A program made the position numbers and the translations under genes. The notes below the pieces were generated by a model. It ran no database searches. It was not told where the DNA came from and saw only the letters and a program-made list of their open reading frames with translations. Shown here one piece after another: positions 26,594 through 32,000 of a stretch of 32,000 bases of DNA. Numbering within the stretch: the stretch's first letter is position 1; every line of letters begins with the position of its first letter. The DNA comes from Waddlia chondrophila WSU 86-1044 (GTDB lineage: Bacteria > Chlamydiota > Chlamydiia > Chlamydiales > Waddliaceae). Where the stretch lies: the NCBI RefSeq assembly GCF_000092785.1, contig NC_014225.1:539340-571339 (forward strand), read 5' to 3'.

Positions 26594-27409
26594 ATGAAGT
26601 TAAGTTATTTGTCAGGCGGCATTTTTTTTATTCTCCTGGGGGGAATTTACTTTTATTTTCTAAGGCATCCTGTAGATGATATTGCAAGGGTGCATTCGTA
26701 TAATGTTCCCGATAAATATGACCTATATGATCCGGAAATGGCTCCGGAGGAAATCCGTGATCAGGTGGTAAGCGGCTTCCAAATGATGATCGAAACCAAA
26801 AATCAGCTTCCTCAATATGTTGGTAATGATATGAACTGCCGAAACTGCCATTTTAACGGGGGAAATTCCATGGGGGGAAGAAGCTGCGGATTTTCCTTGG
26901 TAGGTGTTGTGCATAAATATCCTCGAAAGCTTCCCTCAGGAAAAGAGTATACGTTGGAAGAGCGAGTGAACTCCTGTTTTATGAGAAGTATGAATGGCAA
27001 GCCTTTGCCGGTAGACAGCAAAGAAATGCGGGCATTAGTTACGTATATGGAGTGGATTTCAAACGGTATTCCAAAGCTTGAAAGCTACCCTTGGTTAGGT
27101 GCAAAGAAATTGACAAGCTCCCATGTACCCGATCCAAAGAGAGGAGAAAAGCTGTTCGCGATGAAGTGCGCCCCTTGTCATGGAGAAAATGGAGAAGGGC
27201 AGAAACGTCCTTATCAATTGGACTATCCACCTCTTTGGGGTAATGGGGCATTCAACGACGGAGCCGGTATGAGCAAACTTGATATGTTCGCTTATTTTAT
27301 CTATAAGAACATGCCCTACAATGATCCGAGACTTTCTGTTGAGGAGGCGCTCGATATAGCTTCTTATGTCACTAAGCAGCCCCGTCCCAAGCTCGAGAAT
27401 CATGAGTAA
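26594..27409 (+). CDS. Diheme c-type cytochrome, TsdA/SoxA-like
   Basis: Two heme motifs (CRNCH, CAPCH), N-terminal signal/anchor, and TsdA-like segment LEERVNSCFMRSMNGKPLPVDSKEMRALVTYMEWISNGIP. Confidence 0.85.
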   Translation: MKLSYLSGGIFFILLGGIYFYFLRHPVDDIARVHSYNVPDKYDLYDPEMAPEEIRDQVVSGFQMMIETKNQLPQYVGNDMNCRNCHFNGGNSMGGRSCGFSLVGVVHKYPRKLPSGKEYTLEERVNSCFMRSMNGKPLPVDSKEMRALVTYMEWISNGIPKLESYPWLGAKKLTSSHVPDPKRGEKLFAMKCAPCHGENGEGQKRPYQLDYPPLWGNGAFNDGAGMSKLDMFAYFIYKNMPYNDPRLSVEEALDIASYVTKQPRPKLENHE

Positions 27410-28206
27410 AGTACAAAAGACACAATCACTAGAAAAATGCCGAAGATAGCCCGCAGGATCCGGGTGGGGAGCATGTAGGCGAGGTTTGCTCCAAAAGGAG
27501 CGCTGAGAACAGATGAGAGGCCGGCGATGAGCATTCCGGGAAGATATAGATACCCCAAACTTCCATTGGAGACTTGGCTGCCCAGCCCAAAATATAGATA
27601 AGAAAGAGTTCCAACGGTACCAACCAGCAAGCTCACAAAGGCTGATGTAGAAATTGCATGCTTTAATTGGACGTGATGCGAAGTAAGAAAAGGAATGGTG
27701 ATTGGAGCGCCGCCTACGCCCAAGATTGAGCAGATAGTTCCCCCGATTAAACCAACTCCTCCTGTTGTTATTGCACGTGGAGGTTTTTTATGATCCTTGA
27801 ATTGATAAGGGTTTTCCTTTTTAAAAGCTGTGTAAATAAAATAGATGCCGAAGCAGAAAATGTAGGTACTGAAGAGGGTGACGAGTTTTCTATTAGGGAG
27901 AGTGTGTGCGATCAAGGCTCCAAAGACCGTTCCACAAATGATACCCGGTGCATAGTAGCGCAAATAGTCCCACTGGATTCCCTTCTTTAGAAAATGTGCT
28001 CCGCTTGAAGAAATTGCAGTGAATATCATGACTCCAAGTGAAGTGCCGATGGCAACATGAATCGTGTAGGTAGCGGGGAATTCAAAAACGTGGAAAAAGA
28101 AAAGGAAAGCGGGGACGGTAAAAATGCCTCCCCCAATGCCCAGAAGCCCTCCTAAGAGTCCTGCAATGATTCCAATCAAGGATAAGGCAAGATATTCAAT
28201 GATCAT
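27400..28206 (-). CDS. TauE/SafE-family sulfite exporter-like permease
   Basis: 268 aa: GIIAGLLGGLLGIGGGIFTVPAFLFFF... and GGTICSILGVGGAPITIPFL, duplicated TauE/SafE motifs. Confidence 0.9.
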   Translation of the reverse strand: MIIEYLALSLIGIIAGLLGGLLGIGGGIFTVPAFLFFFHVFEFPATYTIHVAIGTSLGVMIFTAISSSGAHFLKKGIQWDYLRYYAPGIICGTVFGALIAHTLPNRKLVTLFSTYIFCFGIYFIYTAFKKENPYQFKDHKKPPRAITTGGVGLIGGTICSILGVGGAPITIPFLTSHHVQLKHAISTSAFVSLLVGTVGTLSYLYFGLGSQVSNGSLGYLYLPGMLIAGLSSVLSAPFGANLAYMLPTRILRAIFGIFLVIVSFVLYS

Positions 28207-29827
28207 GACGCTTCTAAAGGAATGAATTGAAAAGTTTCCGCATCAAACAGACCCAAATCGCTTAATTTAAGCGAAGGGATCACTAGAAGAGCCAGAAATG
28301 ACAAGGTCATTAAAGGGTCGTGCAGCTTGGATCCAAGGCTATGTGAGAGCTTTTTGATCCTTGCGTAGTCGGCGGCAACTTGCCATCCGTCTTTATCGCT
28401 CATCAACCCTGCGACGGGGAGAGGAACACATTCTATTTGATCGTTTGCTGCCGCAACGCCGCCTTTGGATTCAATCACAGCATTGATTGCGCGGCACAGC
28501 GATTGGTCGTCGACGCCTACGGCAACGATGTTGTGAGAGTCGTGAGCGATGGAAGACGCCAGAGCGCCTGATTTTAAGCCAAGTCCCTGAACAAAAGCAA
28601 TTGCTGGCGGGGCGTCTTGATATCTATTGACGACAACGAGCTTGAGCACGTCCTTGTCCACATCTGAAATGTATTCCCCTTTTTCGATGCATGCAGGAAG
28701 GATCAATTTTCCAGTCACAAGCTCTCCTTGGACTGCCTGGATGACGTGAATGTTTTCTCCTTTGGCAGCGATTTTAAAAGCATTCTCCTTTTTTAAGGAG
28801 CAGGCAAATCGGTTGATCGGAGAAACAGCAACGGAATCGATCAGGCTTTTTCCTTCGGAAGCTACTTGAATCCCTTGAATAAAGGTGGATTTAACGTTGA
28901 AAGTTTCTAAATCTTCCAAGACGATAAAGTCGGCTGAATCGTTTAGGCGAAGAAGGCCAACATTCATGCGATAATGTTCCACAGGATGGATGCAGGCAGC
29001 ACGCAGAACGTCCATTAAATCGTAACCTAATTCTATGGATCGCTTCACGATCAGGTTGATATGCCCTTCAATCAACTCATCGGGGTGTTTATCATCGGAG
29101 CAGAACATTATTCGATCGGGATGCGATTTGATAAGAGGATGCAAGGCTTGAAAATTTTTTGCAGCAGATCCTTCGCGTATCAGGATTTTCATTCCATAGA
29201 GGATTTTGCCTAACGCCTCTTCTAGAGTGAAACATTCGTGATCTGTGCTGATTCCGGCATTGATATAGGCTTTTGCCTGATCTTTCTTCAACCCGGGCGA
29301 GTGGCCGTCGATGGGAAATCCAAATGATTGCGCGACTGCGATTTTTTGCATGACCTCAGGGTCCTGGTGCAGTACACCGGGGAAGTTCATCATTTCGCTT
29401 AAGTATTTTAGTCTGTCTTTTTCAAACAGCGTATGGATGTCATCTGCTGTGATTGAGGCGCCGGCAGTTTCGAAGGAGGTTGCAGGAACGCAAGAGGGAG
29501 CTCCGAAATGGAAGTGGAAGGGCACTTTGCTGCCATTTTCGAGCATGAAGCGGATCCCTTCCATGCCTGCCACATTGGCGATTTCGTGAGGATCGGAGAT
29601 CGTCCCGACTGTCCCGTGAAGAACCGCTATGCGAGCAAACTCCGAAGGGATGAGCATCGAGCTTTCAATGTGGATATGTGCATCGATGAAGCCGGGAAGG
29701 ATATATTGATCGGGCGCTTTTTCTTTTTCAGAAATTGACGCGATCCTGCCATCAGCGAGTGTGATTTCTCCTGGAAAGATCCGTTTTGCAAAGAGATCGA
29801 CGATCTGGCCTGAAATGGAGAGGTTAG

Positions 29828-29831
<4 letters not shown>
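28203..29831 (-). CDS. ade: Adenine deaminase
   Basis: 542 aa: QYILPGFIDAHIHIESSMLIPSEFARIAVLHGTVGTISDPHEIANVAG; DGHSPG; MFCSDDKHPDEL; GGVAAANDQ. Confidence 0.95.

Positions 29832-32000
<2,169 letters not shown>

Overview
Gene-dense 32 kb bacterial chromosomal window. The gene content (M16C peptidase, PssA, RhlE-type helicase, SH3b protein, hypothetical secreted proteins) looks like an environmental chlamydia (Parachlamydiales-like), but that taxonomic reading is inference only. I find no CRISPR array, rRNA or tRNA, and no canonical multi-gene defence system. The best-supported unusual features are: (1) an intact ISAs1-family element (10704-11971, 26/30 matching terminal inverted repeats, perfect 10-bp TSD TTTCTACACC) inserted in a minus-strand orphan gene. 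Removing the IS and one TSD copy restores a 260-aa ORF in frame. (2) A minus-strand ORF (1-1092, running off the window) that is missing from the supplied ORF track. (3) A 167-bp foldback sequence with 20-bp perfect inverted ends at 18998-19164. (4) A LexA homologue whose scissile Ala-Gly is Gly-Gly, translationally coupled to a PAP2 phosphatase and an SLC12-like transporter. (5) A TsdA-like diheme cytochrome c gene convergent with a TauE/SafE permease gene. (6) A predominance of overlapping convergent gene ends. I do not claim a proven novel multi-gene system.
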